This document shows, piece by piece, positions 29,721 through 39,554 of a stretch of 64,000 nt of DNA. The notes under the pieces were generated by a model. That model had not been told where the DNA came from. It worked only from the letters and a program-made list of their open reading frames with translations, and searched no databases. Where the stretch lies: contig CAVSGI010000006.1 of the NCBI GenBank assembly GCA_963727445.1, forward strand, positions 256,001 to 320,000, written 5' to 3'. The stretch's first letter is position 1. Every line of letters begins with the position of its first letter. This stretch comes from an uncultured delta proteobacterium. GTDB taxonomy: Bacteria > Myxococcota_A > Polyangia > Polyangiales > B10-G4. Position numbers and translations under genes: made by a program.

Positions 29721-31286
29721 GGTGGCCTCCCCGGAGTGCATTCGCCGACGAGGAAATCGATCGCCTCCCCGCTCCGCGACGTCCCCCGCTTTCGCGCGAG
29801 GCATCGCCCGGCGCCGGTCGCCACGGCAGGCGCGGCGCTCACACGCTGGCCCTCCGGATCGCGGAGGAAGAGCGGCTCGCCCGCGTTCGAAAGCCCGCCC
29901 GAGCCGAGGGAGGTGCCGAGGCGCACGAGCGGCACGCCCCCGGGCACGGGGCCGTCCAGCGGGTCCAGCGGATCGAAGGCGTCGCTCACCAGGAGCACGC
30001 GACCCCCAGCCGGCACCACGACCGCGCGGGTGATCACGTCGCCCTCGCGGTCTTCGCGATCCGCCAGCGCGTAGCCGGCGAGGTCGATCGGCATGGCGCC
30101 GGAGTTTAGCAGCTCCACGTACTCCTGCGCGGGCTCGGCGCCCAAGGGGTCGCTCCGCACCTCGGTGATGTCGATCGCCGGTAGCGTTGGTGCGGTTCGG
30201 ATCCGGACGATCCGCGCCTCCAGATGGTCCTCGAGGTCGCGGAGCGAGACCCCCGCCGCCACCTCGGTGTCGGCCGGAAGTCCGTCGAAGGCGAAGCTCG
30301 CCTCGCCCCGAGAGGCGACGCGCCGGAGCTCCTCGTCTCCGACGCGGGCGAAGAGGCGCGCCGGCCCATTCGCCGTCACCCGCAACGTGGCGTGGCTGTC
30401 GTCGACGAAGACGCAGAAGGGTCCCACCGCCTCCTCGTCGGGGGTGCAGGGCGTTTCGACGAAGGTCACGGGCGCGACCTCCGCGGCGGCCGTGAAGATC
30501 TCGGCGGTGAGGGGACCGACCGGCGCGCCCGTGAGGTCGGCCAGGCCCGCGGCGAGGTCGAAGCGGTAGCGCGCGCCGCGGGCGAGCGGGTAGGCCGGCT
30601 CGAAGCGCACGCACGTGCTGCCGTCGGGCCAGCCGATGCGCCCGCAGTCCGCGACCCGGCTCGTTCCCGCGACGCGCCCCTCGAAGCCTTCGAGGTAGAC
30701 GTCGTCCGCGCTCACTTCGAGCAGCCCGTCGAAGCGCACGGCGACGAAGGGCAGATCGATGGGGACGGCGTGGGTCGAGTCGGCAGGCCAGGTCGCGGCT
30801 GCCCAGGCGCCTGCGCGCGGGTGCGTGTCCACCACCACCTCGTGCAGCTGTGGGGCGAGCGCCTCGTCGCTCGACACGGCCCACGGCGCGATCGCGACCC
30901 ACAGGCGCTCGCCGCGTGCGAGATGGCCCGAGGGCTCGACGACCACCGTGGCTTCGTCCTCCGCGCGGCCCGTGGCGACGATGGCGTCCCGCGTCGCGGC
31001 CCGGAGCGGCGCCGCCGACAGATCGTCCGATGAGCACCGCGGGGTCGAGGCCGCGGCTCACGAAGATCGCGTCCGGCTCCGAGATGGGGACGGTGCTCCG
31101 CACGCGAATCATGGGCCAGGTCGGCGCCGCTTCTTCGTAGAGGTGGCCGAAGCGATCGACGACTTCGACCGTGAATCGTGGGGCGATGGCGGCGCCTGCG
31201 TCCGCTGGCAACGAAGACGGTTTCGGCGGAGGCGCGTCCAGACAAGCGGACAGGGCGAGGGTGAGCACGGCGGCGAGGAAGCGCAT
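29717..31286 (-). CDS. Lipoprotein with Ig-like domains and a C-terminal lamin-tail domain (frameshifted near 31030)
   Basis: Lipobox LSAC. LTD motifs ITEVRSDP...EYVELLN...IDLAGYAL...GLSNAGE...TPG. The N-terminus joins ORF 29717-30946 after one base is removed near 31028 (LIDDLSAAPL). Confidence 0.75.
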
Positions 31287-31315
31287 TCTCCCTCTTCGGC
31301 ACGAGCGCGCGCCGG

Positions 31316-32164
31316 TTGCGTCGTATCATCGAGACAGTGGAAGAGGTCGGAGGTTTCTCCATCGAGGACGTCCTCGGTCGCGGCGGCACCGCCGTCGTCT
31401 ATCGCGCCCGCGACGCGGACGGATTGCCGGTGGCGCTCAAGCTCCTCCACCCCGAGCTCGCGATGGACGAGGACATGCGCCGACGCGCGCGGCGCGAAGC
31501 GAACGCCCTCGCCCGCGTGGTGAGCCCGCACGTGGTGCGCATCATCGCCACCGGCGAGGACGACGTGCGGGGACCGTGGATCGCCACCGAGCTGAGCGCG
31601 GCGCCGCGCCTGAGCGACCTGCTCGCGCTCAGTCCGGCCGGGCTGAGGCCGAGGCGCGCCGCCGTCATCGTCGCCCAGGTGCTCGACGGGCTCGCCGAGC
31701 TCCACTGTGTCGGGGTGCTGCACCGCGATCTGAAGCCGGACAACGTCTTCGTCTCGAAGCGGGGCGGCGTCGATCACGCGTTCCTCTTCGATCTTTCCGT
31801 CGCCTCCCTCGACGGCGCCTCTCACCTCACGCCGCCGGGTACGGTGATGGGCCATCCGTCGTACGCGAGCCCCGAGCGGATCGAAGGCCGCGAGGGCGAT
31901 CCACGATCGGACGTGTGGGCGGCTGGCGTCTTGCTCTACGAATGCCTCTCGGGTCGCCAACCTTTCGAGGCGCGGGATCTGAGAGGCCTGATCGCCGAGA
32001 TCCTCCGCGGCGAGCCCACTCCTCTCGACTCGCACGCCCCGATCCCTCGTGCGGTGTCGACGATCGCCCTCAGAGCACTCGAAAAGGATCCCGGCGATCG
32101 CTTCGATGATGCGCGCGCGATGGCCGATGCACTCCGTGACTTCAGCGGATCGCGCCCGGTCTGA
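31316..32164 (+). CDS. Ser/Thr protein kinase (kinase domain only)
   Basis: LGRGGTAVVY, VALK, HRDLKPDN, YASPE and SDVW. DFG is replaced by DLS. Confidence 0.9.
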   Translation: MRRIIETVEEVGGFSIEDVLGRGGTAVVYRARDADGLPVALKLLHPELAMDEDMRRRARREANALARVVSPHVVRIIATGEDDVRGPWIATELSAAPRLSDLLALSPAGLRPRRAAVIVAQVLDGLAELHCVGVLHRDLKPDNVFVSKRGGVDHAFLFDLSVASLDGASHLTPPGTVMGHPSYASPERIEGREGDPRSDVWAAGVLLYECLSGRQPFEARDLRGLIAEILRGEPTPLDSHAPIPRAVSTIALRALEKDPGDRFDDARAMADALRDFSGSRPV

Positions 32165-32203
32165 GCGTCGACACTCTCGTCGCCCGGTGCTATCACTCTG
32201 TGC

Positions 32204-32773
32204 GTGAGCTTCGGCCTCACCGCGCCAGTCCTCTGCCTGAATCGCAGCTTCGAGCCGGTTCGGGTCACCTCGGCGCGCAACGCATTCGAGATGCTCTACG
32301 TCGGGCGGGGCTTCGCGCTCGACAGGGGATACGAGGCGCACGACTTCGAGAGCTGGCAGGGCATCTCGCCCGAGACCGACGACGAGACCATCGGGACCCT
32401 CTGTGGACCGGTGGTCGTGCCGCGTCTGTTGCTCTTGCGCACGACGACGCGGGTGCCGACCGCGGAGGTGCGCCTTTCGCGGCGCAACGTCTTCCTTCGC
32501 GACCAGCACACCTGCCAGTACTGCGGCCGCGAGGGAACGCCGCGTGACCTCAATCTCGATCACGTGGTGCCGCGGTCCCGCGGCGGGCCCAGCACCTGGG
32601 AGAACCTCGTGACGTCGTGCCGCAAGTGCAACCTCGAAAAGGGCGGCGACCTCCCCGCCGAATGCGGCATGCATCCGCAGAAACCGCCCATCCGGCCGCG
32701 CTTCGTGGCTTCGGTCCACCTGGTCACCGCTGGTCGGCGCTTTCCCGTCTGGGAGCCGTTTCTGAGCACGTGA
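32204..32773 (+). CDS. HNH endonuclease family protein
   Basis: VLCLNRSFEP, SRRNVFLRDQHTCQYCG, LDHVVPRSRGG and WENLVTSCRKCNLEKG. Confidence 0.93.
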   Translation: MSFGLTAPVLCLNRSFEPVRVTSARNAFEMLYVGRGFALDRGYEAHDFESWQGISPETDDETIGTLCGPVVVPRLLLLRTTTRVPTAEVRLSRRNVFLRDQHTCQYCGREGTPRDLNLDHVVPRSRGGPSTWENLVTSCRKCNLEKGGDLPAECGMHPQKPPIRPRFVASVHLVTAGRRFPVWEPFLST

Positions 32774-32843
32774 GGGAAGTGGGGGGCCTGTGCCCGGCGC
32801 TCCTCTCGACACGGGCCTTTTCACGGACTATGAGGCGCGCCTG

Positions 32844-34400
32844 ATGTCCGACTCGGCCCACGAGCCCGAGGTGCTCGAGACGCGTCCTGCCAAGCGGCGG
32901 GTGCTCGTGGTGGCGGGCGCCAAGGGTGGCGTGGGCAAGACGGTGGTCGCGACCAACCTCGCGATCTATCTCGCCACCATCGGCCGCCGCGTGGTCCTGG
33001 TGGATGCCGACCGCGCAGGGTCGAGCGTTCACACCCTCCTCGGCGTCCAGCGGCCGTCGCCTTCTTCGGGTCGCGTGCCCGAGTGGCTCAGCGGCAACGA
33101 GAGTGACGCAAAGGACGACCGCTTGCTCGAGTCCGCGGTCCCCGGCCTTTCGCTGCTGCACGGCGGCATCGACGAGCCGGTGGCGGGGAGCTTCCGGCGC
33201 GGCGGGCACAAGCGACTGATCGCGTCGCTCGAGGAGCACGAGGCGGACTACTTCGTCGTCGACCTGGGCTCGGGCACGCAGCCTGCGCTGGTCGACGCTT
33301 TCTTGGGCGCCGATCTCTCGCTCTTCGTGACGACGCCGGAGCCCACCGCGATCGACAACACCTATCGCTTCGTGCGTTCGGCCTTCGCGCGCGCGCTCAA
33401 GCTCAGCGCGCCGGATCGCGAGACCCAGAACCGGCTCGTGCAGCGCCTCCGCTCGATGGGCAATGCGCCTTCGCCCATGGACCTCGCGCGCCGACTCGAA
33501 GCGGCGGGCGATCCCCTCGCCGACCTCGTGCGGCGCGCCATCGACGAGCTCGACTTCCGCTTCATCTTGAACCAGACGCGTCTGCGCGCCGATCTGGAGC
33601 TCGGTGAGTCGATGGCCATCGCCTGCCGCCGGCGGCTCGGCATGAGCCTCGACTACCTCGGCTACATCGAGCAGGACGACGCGGTCTGGGCGTGTGTGCG
33701 ACAGCGGCGCCCGGTGCTGGTCGAGAGCCCGGGTACCAAGGCGAGCAAGAACATCGAGAAGATCGCGCGGCGCCTGCTCTCCATCGAGGCGGGCAAGGGG
33801 CCGCGCAAGCACGTCGCCGACGTCCCACCGGAGAGCCATCACGATCTGCTCGGCGTCGAGCGCGGCGCCACCGACGAGGAGATCCGCCGCGCGTACAAGC
33901 GCGCCGAGAAGATCTACGACCCGGAGGCGCTCGCCTGCTACGGGCTCTTCGACGGGCGCACCATGGACGCGCTCAAGGCGCGTCTCGAAGAGGCCTACGA
34001 CGTGCTCCTCGATCCGGCGCGACGGCGACCCTACGAGCTCTCGGTCTTCCCGCTCGATGCCCCGCCCGAGCCCCTGCCGCGCCGCCCCGAGAGCGACGAG
34101 CCCAAGCCACCGCCGCCGGTGATCACCCCGGACACGGAGTTCACCGGGGCGCTCCTCAAGGCGGTGCGCGAATCACAAGGAGTCACGCTGCCGGAGATCA
34201 GCCAGAAGACGAAGATCGGCGCCGCGCATCTCGAGGCGATCGAGGAGGACGACTTCGGGCAGCTCCCGGCGGCGGTCTACGTGCGCGGCTTCGTCACGGA
34301 GGTCGCGAAGTTCCTGCATCTCGACGCCGAGCAGGTGAGTCGCTCCTACGTGCGCCGCTACAAGCGCTACGTGGACGAGCGCGAAAAGTCCTTTGGCTGA
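32844..34400 (+). CDS. MinD/FlhG-like ATPase fused to a J-like domain and a RodZ-type HTH
   Basis: Deviant Walker A KGGVGKT, LVDAD and TPEPTAI. J-like HHDLLGVERGATDEEIRRAY. HTH LKAVRESQGVTL...LEAIEE...VYVRGF. Confidence 0.88.
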   Translation: MSDSAHEPEVLETRPAKRRVLVVAGAKGGVGKTVVATNLAIYLATIGRRVVLVDADRAGSSVHTLLGVQRPSPSSGRVPEWLSGNESDAKDDRLLESAVPGLSLLHGGIDEPVAGSFRRGGHKRLIASLEEHEADYFVVDLGSGTQPALVDAFLGADLSLFVTTPEPTAIDNTYRFVRSAFARALKLSAPDRETQNRLVQRLRSMGNAPSPMDLARRLEAAGDPLADLVRRAIDELDFRFILNQTRLRADLELGESMAIACRRRLGMSLDYLGYIEQDDAVWACVRQRRPVLVESPGTKASKNIEKIARRLLSIEAGKGPRKHVADVPPESHHDLLGVERGATDEEIRRAYKRAEKIYDPEALACYGLFDGRTMDALKARLEEAYDVLLDPARRRPYELSVFPLDAPPEPLPRRPESDEPKPPPPVITPDTEFTGALLKAVRESQGVTLPEISQKTKIGAAHLEAIEEDDFGQLPAAVYVRGFVTEVAKFLHLDAEQVSRSYVRRYKRYVDEREKSFG

Positions 34401-34998
34401 GCTCGCGGCACCGCTGATCCTCGCGTCCGCTTCGCCGCGCCGGCGCGAGATCCTGACCCGCCTCGGTCTCTCCTTCGAGGTGATGCCGAGCGAGGTGCCG
34501 GAGGTGCGCGGCGAGGGGGAGAGCCCGCGTGACTACGTGACCCGCCTGTCGGCCGACAAGGCCGGCTCCGTGGCTGGCGCGACCGGCGACCGAAGCCCCG
34601 CTCCCTTCGTCCTCGGCGCCGACACCACTGTGGCCATCGGGGACGAGGTGCTCGAAAAGCCCGTGGACGACCCGGACGCGACGCGGATCATCCGCCGGCT
34701 CTCCGGCCGCGCCCATCGCGTGATCACCGGCGTGAGCGTCGCGCGCGCTGGCGAGGGGGTACTGCGGACGATCGCCAGCGAGACCGAGGTGCGCTTTCGC
34801 GGGTTGAGCGACGCCGAGGTCGCGGCCTACGTGGCGACCGGGGAAGGGCGGGACAAGGCCGGCGCCTACGGCATCCAGGGCCTCGGCTCGGGGTTGGTCA
34901 CGTCGCTGTCCGGCGATTACTTCAACGTCGTGGGCCTTCCCGCGTCCGCCGTGATCCAGCTCCTCTTCGAGGTGGGGGCGCTCGCGCGCTGGCCCTGA
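34393..34998 (+). CDS. maf: Maf nucleoside-triphosphate pyrophosphatase
   Basis: LILASASPRRREIL, GADTTV, LEKP, DKAGAYGIQG and NVVGLP. Confidence 0.95.
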   Translation: MAELAAPLILASASPRRREILTRLGLSFEVMPSEVPEVRGEGESPRDYVTRLSADKAGSVAGATGDRSPAPFVLGADTTVAIGDEVLEKPVDDPDATRIIRRLSGRAHRVITGVSVARAGEGVLRTIASETEVRFRGLSDAEVAAYVATGEGRDKAGAYGIQGLGSGLVTSLSGDYFNVVGLPASAVIQLLFEVGALARWP

Positions 34999-35008
34999 TG
35001 AGGATTTT

Positions 35009-35692
35009 ATGAGCTCAGTCGACGTCGCGAAGAACCTCGAAGCGATCCGCGCCCGCATCGCGGCGGCGGCCGAGCGCGCCGGACGCGCGCCCGAGAGCGT
35101 CACCCTGGTCGCGGTCAGCAAGGTTCATCCGCCCGAGGCCATCCGCGCTGCCTACGCCGCCGGCCAGCGCGTCTTCGGTGAGAACTACGTGCAGGAGCTG
35201 GTGCAGAAGGCGGCCGCGCTCGAAGACCTCGAAGACCTCACGTTTCACTTCATCGGACACCTGCAGCGGAACAAGGCCAAGGAGGTCGCGCGCCTCGGCG
35301 CGGTGGTGGAGACCGTGGATTCGGCGCGCCTCGCCGACGCGCTGGACAAGCGCGCGAGCGCCGAGGGCGTGCGCCTGTCGGTGATGCTCCAGGTCAACGT
35401 CGGCGGCGAGGCACAGAAGTCGGGGTGCCCGCCCGAAGCGGTGGAGAGCCTCGTCGCGGCGGTGCGCGGCCACGCCTCCCTCGAGCTCCTCGGGCTGATG
35501 ACAATCCCTCCGCTCACCGACGAGGCGGAGGACTCCCGCCCCTTCTTCGCTGCCCTCCGCGCGCTCCGGGACGCACACGCGCCGGGCAGCGCGCTGAGCA
35601 TGGGCATGAGTCACGACTTCGAGGTCGCCATCGCGGAGGGCGCGACCCACGTGCGGGTCGGGACGGCGATCTTCGGGCCGCGCGAGCGCTGA
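35009..35692 (+). CDS. yggS: PLP homeostasis protein YggS
   Basis: LVAVSK, FGENYVQE, HFIGHLQRNK, LSMGMSHD and VRVGTAIFG. Confidence 0.96.
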   Translation: MSSVDVAKNLEAIRARIAAAAERAGRAPESVTLVAVSKVHPPEAIRAAYAAGQRVFGENYVQELVQKAAALEDLEDLTFHFIGHLQRNKAKEVARLGAVVETVDSARLADALDKRASAEGVRLSVMLQVNVGGEAQKSGCPPEAVESLVAAVRGHASLELLGLMTIPPLTDEAEDSRPFFAALRALRDAHAPGSALSMGMSHDFEVAIAEGATHVRVGTAIFGPRER

Positions 35693-35697
35693 GCGCC

Positions 35698-36550
35698 TCA
35701 GTCCCCCGAGCCGTCGAGGAGCGTGTCAATCTCGGCGCCGAGCGCGCGCGAACGGGCGGTAGCGGCTTCGACCGCGCCGGAGACCGCGTCGGCGAAGCCG
35801 TGCGCGTCGAGGTGAGCGAGCCCGGCTTCGGTGGTGCCCTTCGGGCTGGTCACTTTGCGACGCAGCTCGCTCGGCGCCTCGCCGCTCTCGATCAGCAGCT
35901 TGGCGGCGCCCCGCACCGTCTGCGCAGCCAGGCGCAGAGCGTCCTCGGCGGCGAGACCTGCGGCCTGTCCCCCGGCGACGAGTCCTTCAATCAGACGAAA
36001 GACGTAGGCGGGCCCCGAGCCGCTCAGGCCCGTGACCGCATCGAGGAGGCTCTCCTCGAGCTCGAGGGCGTCGCCCACCTGCGTGAAGAGGGTGTGCGCG
36101 AGGCGCGCGTCGGCGTCGGTGGCGCCGCGGCCCCGTGCGTAGGCGGTCATCCCTGCGTGCACCAGTGCGGGGGTGTTCGGCATCGCCCGCACAATCCGCA
36201 CGCCCGCGCCGAGGCCCCGCGCGAGGGCGCCGATGGTCACGCCCGCGGCGATGCTGATCACCAGCGTGTGTTGGCCGAGGACGCCCGCGAGGTCCGCGAA
36301 GACCTCGTCCATCTTCTGCGGCTTGACGGCGAGCACGACCACGTCGGCCCAGCGCGCCGCCTCCGCGTTGTCCGTGCCCGTTCGGAATCCCATGCGCGGC
36401 GGCGAGCGCTTCGAGGCGCGCCTTCGTGGGGTCGGTCGCCCAGACGCGGTCGGGCGCGAGAGCGCCGCTGTCGACGATGCCGCTGATCAGAGCGCCGGCC
36501 ATGTTGCCGGCGCCGATGAAGGTGACCTTGGTCTCGCGGCTCTCGTTCAT
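35698..36550 (-). CDS. proC: Pyrroline-5-carboxylate reductase (frameshifted near 36386)
   Basis: FIGAGNMAG in one frame. LAVKPQ, RAMPNTP, GLSGSGPAY and VTSPKGTT in the next. They join after a one-base removal. Confidence 0.92.
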
Positions 36551-37473
36551 CTCGTGCTCTCCATCTCGGGCGCAGCCGGATCGGCGCCTGGCGCCTCTTG
36601 GGCTCTCGTGATGTGGGTGCGGAGCGTGAAGGCGCCGCCCAGGTCGGGTGCGTAGCTGTCGACGAGGAGCAGGTAGCTGCCGGGCTCGAGGTCGGCGGAC
36701 AGGCCGCTGTGCTGCGCGTCGGGATCGTCGTCGACGCAGGCGATCACCTCCGCGCCTTCGGCCGTCGCGCATCCGCGCCGCAGCTCGACGATCGCATCGA
36801 CGGAATCGGTGGTCACCTCTACCTCGAGGGTCGCCGCGGACGCGAGCTCCAAGCGGTAGAGGGCCTCGGGTCCGCGCCCGCCGCCGCCGCAGGCCGTGAC
36901 CGCGTCGGCGTCGGTGGGGATGAGGACGCCCTGGGTCTGCCCTTCGGCGAGGGGCGGCGCGCTCGCGCAGCGAGAGGCGAGGGCGGTCGCGTCCTCCACC
37001 GGTGGCTCGTCCCCCGGCACAGGCGGGGGCCCGTCGGGAGCCGGAGCCGGGGGCCGCGCGTCGACCGCGAGCACGAAGTCTCCCTCCCCGCCGCCCCAGC
37101 CGTCGACCACGACCAGGTAGCGCTTGCCCGCTTCGAGGTCGACCACCAGCCGAGCCTCGTCGCGCGCCTCGTGGTCGTCGTTGCAGGCGATCATCGACTC
37201 CCCCTCGTAGACGGCGATCACGATGTCGAAGGTGGCGCGCGCCCGGATGCCGTAGCGCCCGCTCGCGGGCACCTCGAGACCGTAGGCCACATCTGGGGCC
37301 AACAGGTCGCCCGAGCACTGCGGATCGAAGTCGTCGTGGGCGCCGTAGGTGGTGCCGTGGACAGGCTCGCCGAGCGCGATGGCCACGGTCTCGTCCGGGG
37401 CGCCGCCCATCGCCGCATAGATGAGCGGCGAGCAGCCGACACAAAGCGCGAGCAAGGGAACGAAGCGCGTCAC
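36547..37473 (-). CDS. Lipoprotein with two PPC-like beta-sandwich domains
   Basis: Lipobox CVGC. Two repeats of IACNDD/IACVDD...LExGxYLxxVD. Confidence 0.75.
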   Translation of the reverse strand: MTRFVPLLALCVGCSPLIYAAMGGAPDETVAIALGEPVHGTTYGAHDDFDPQCSGDLLAPDVAYGLEVPASGRYGIRARATFDIVIAVYEGESMIACNDDHEARDEARLVVDLEAGKRYLVVVDGWGGGEGDFVLAVDARPPAPAPDGPPPVPGDEPPVEDATALASRCASAPPLAEGQTQGVLIPTDADAVTACGGGGRGPEALYRLELASAATLEVEVTTDSVDAIVELRRGCATAEGAEVIACVDDDPDAQHSGLSADLEPGSYLLLVDSYAPDLGGAFTLRTHITRAQEAPGADPAAPEMESTR

Positions 37474-37522
37474 GGCGGGGGACAGTAGCCCAACGAGTCG
37501 CGACGCGGTATGGAGCGAGGCG

Positions 37523-38062
37523 ATGCGGCTCGCCCCGGCGCTCTCGACCCTCGTGCTCGCTCTCTTGCTGCCCGCGACGGCGCGGGCGGACGGGCCCCGC
37601 TATTCGAGTGACGGGATCTACGTGGGCGCGCGCGTGACGCCGGGGGTCGCGCTCTACGTCGCGTACGATCTCGACGTCTATCTCGACGCGGGGCGCCGCT
37701 TCTCCCTCGGTCCGGGCGTGGGGGGGACGTTCTTCGGCGCGGCGGCCGACGTCAGTCAGCAGCAGGACTACGCGATCGAGGTCGACCCGCTGAGGTTCAA
37801 GGCGCAGCCCACGGTGGGCGGCCACATTCGGCCCTTCGGGCTGGTGACCGCGGGCTTCATGTACACGCGCTATCCCATGCCCCCTGTCGCCACCGCTGAC
37901 GAATGGGCCGCGACGCTGGCGGTGGGCGCCGGGGCGGACTTCTGGATCGAGAAGCACTGGGCGCTCGACATCCTGCTCACCTCGCGCTTTCGCCTCACCC
38001 CGTCGGACAACCTCCCCATCGCGTGGGTGGAGCTCGCCTTCGGCGGACGCTTCGGGATGTGA
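37523..38062 (+). CDS. Small outer-membrane beta-barrel protein
   Basis: Signal peptide ending ARA, alternating amphipathic strands, aromatic C-terminal strand. Confidence 0.65.
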   Translation: MRLAPALSTLVLALLLPATARADGPRYSSDGIYVGARVTPGVALYVAYDLDVYLDAGRRFSLGPGVGGTFFGAAADVSQQQDYAIEVDPLRFKAQPTVGGHIRPFGLVTAGFMYTRYPMPPVATADEWAATLAVGAGADFWIEKHWALDILLTSRFRLTPSDNLPIAWVELAFGGRFGM

Positions 38063-39498
38063 TGGACGATCCCGCCGCGCAGCTCCGCGAAGCCCTCGAG
38101 GCGTTCCGTCACGAAGAGGCGATGGAGCGCGCCCGGAGGTGGCGCGGCATCGACGGCGCCGAGAGCGAGCGCGCGGTCGCGCGCCGCCATCGTCGCCTGG
38201 GCGACGTGACCCAGGTGCGCGCACTGCTCGAGGACGTGACGCGGGCCGGCGTGGACAGCGCCGGCGCCGCGGCGCTGAGAGCGCACCTCGCCCGGGCGGC
38301 CGCCGACCTCGTGCTCGCTCCGGCGCGCGACGCGCTCGAGGCGGCGGGCGGGGTCGAGCTTCGCTTCGGCCGCGACAAGGGCAACGTGGACGACGCGCTC
38401 GTGGCGCTGAGCGCTTCGGATCCCGAGCGGCAGACGTTCGCGGCCGCCGCGCTCGAGGCGCACGCCAGCCGCGTGGGCGAACATCTCGCCCAGGCCAAGG
38501 GCGAAGCGGATCGCGAAGGGCTGCGGGTCTTCGCCGGCGGCGCGCGGCCGCCGGACGCGGGCCCGGAAGCACAGGCGCTGGCGGAGCTCGCCGAGTCGCT
38601 CCTCGCCGCCACCGACGACGTCGCGCACGAGGTGCGGGGATGGCTCGCGCCAACAGGGAGCTCGGTGTTCGAGCTCATGCCGCGGCTCGCGCTTCCGGAG
38701 GCGTCGTCCTTCGTGCCGCGGCGCGATCGCTACCGTCGGCTCTCCGAAGGCGTCGCGGCCCTCGGCTTCGAAGGCGACCTGGCGTCGCGGGTGCGCGTGG
38801 CGGGGACCCATCCGTTTCCGGGGCCGAGAGCGCGCGTGGTTCTCGCGCGGACGCCCACGGACGCGCGCCTCTTCGAGTCGCGGCGCGAGTGGGGCGTCGC
38901 CTCGGAGCTTTCGGGCGCCGCGGTCCTCGGTCGCGCACTCGCCCACGTGCTCGCCGCGCCCGCCCTGCCGCTCGAGCATCGGAGGCCGCTCGGCGCAACG
39001 GTGGCGCGCGCCTTCGGCGTGATCGTCGCCCAGCTCATCGGCGATCGGGTGCATCTGATCCGAAGGCGCGGCATGACGGCGGCGGACGCCGATCGACTCG
39101 GCCGTGCGGCGGGTGCCCTGGGGGTCCTGACCGCGCGCTTGCGTGCGGCGGCGGTGACGGCGAGGGCCGCGTCGCGGAGCCCGGCCGAGCTCGAGGAGCA
39201 GGCCGCCGCGGCGGCGAGCCGCGCGCTCGGCGCGGACGTGCCCATCGCGCTCGCGCGCCTCGCGGTGGTGACCCCCGCCGCCGCAGGGCCTCGTTTCCGC
39301 GCGACGCTTCACGGGCTCGGCCTCGCCTGGCAGCTCCGCGAGCGATTCGACGAGGACTGGTTCGACAACCCCAAAGCGGCTGAGCCCCTTCGCGCGGCGG
39401 CGGCCCGGGGCGGGCTGCTGTCGGTCGAGGATTTCGCCGCGGAGCTGGGCGCGACGCCCGAGCTCGCGCCCCGCCGCCTCGCCGAGCTCTTCGGTTGA
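38062..39498 (+). CDS. Hypothetical protein, possibly a degenerate M3-type zincin
   Basis: Ala-rich ORF translationally coupled to the upstream gene. C-terminal LRERFDEDWFDNPKA. No HExxH. Confidence 0.55.
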   Translation: MDDPAAQLREALEAFRHEEAMERARRWRGIDGAESERAVARRHRRLGDVTQVRALLEDVTRAGVDSAGAAALRAHLARAAADLVLAPARDALEAAGGVELRFGRDKGNVDDALVALSASDPERQTFAAAALEAHASRVGEHLAQAKGEADREGLRVFAGGARPPDAGPEAQALAELAESLLAATDDVAHEVRGWLAPTGSSVFELMPRLALPEASSFVPRRDRYRRLSEGVAALGFEGDLASRVRVAGTHPFPGPRARVVLARTPTDARLFESRREWGVASELSGAAVLGRALAHVLAAPALPLEHRRPLGATVARAFGVIVAQLIGDRVHLIRRRGMTAADADRLGRAAGALGVLTARLRAAAVTARAASRSPAELEEQAAAAASRALGADVPIALARLAVVTPAAAGPRFRATLHGLGLAWQLRERFDEDWFDNPKAAEPLRAAAARGGLLSVEDFAAELGATPELAPRRLAELFG

Positions 39499-39554
39499 GG
39501 AACGCGCTCGGCGCACCCATTGCGCAGGGCCGCCCGGCGTTCCACTCTCCCGCC

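Noticed and set aside
27603..31286. 1227-aa lipoprotein-RecD2 fusion in the ORF track
   Set aside because: It is a chimera caused by the frameshift near 31030. The middle is off-frame Arg-rich sequence, and recD2 starts at 29720.
32204..32773. Mobile homing endonuclease or restriction system
   Set aside because: It looks like the widespread stand-alone chromosomal HNH family. There is no intron or intein context, cognate DNA methyltransferase or compositional anomaly.
35987..38653. 888-aa ORF containing the ProC N-terminus
   Set aside because: It is an off-frame shadow joined to the true proC start at 36550.
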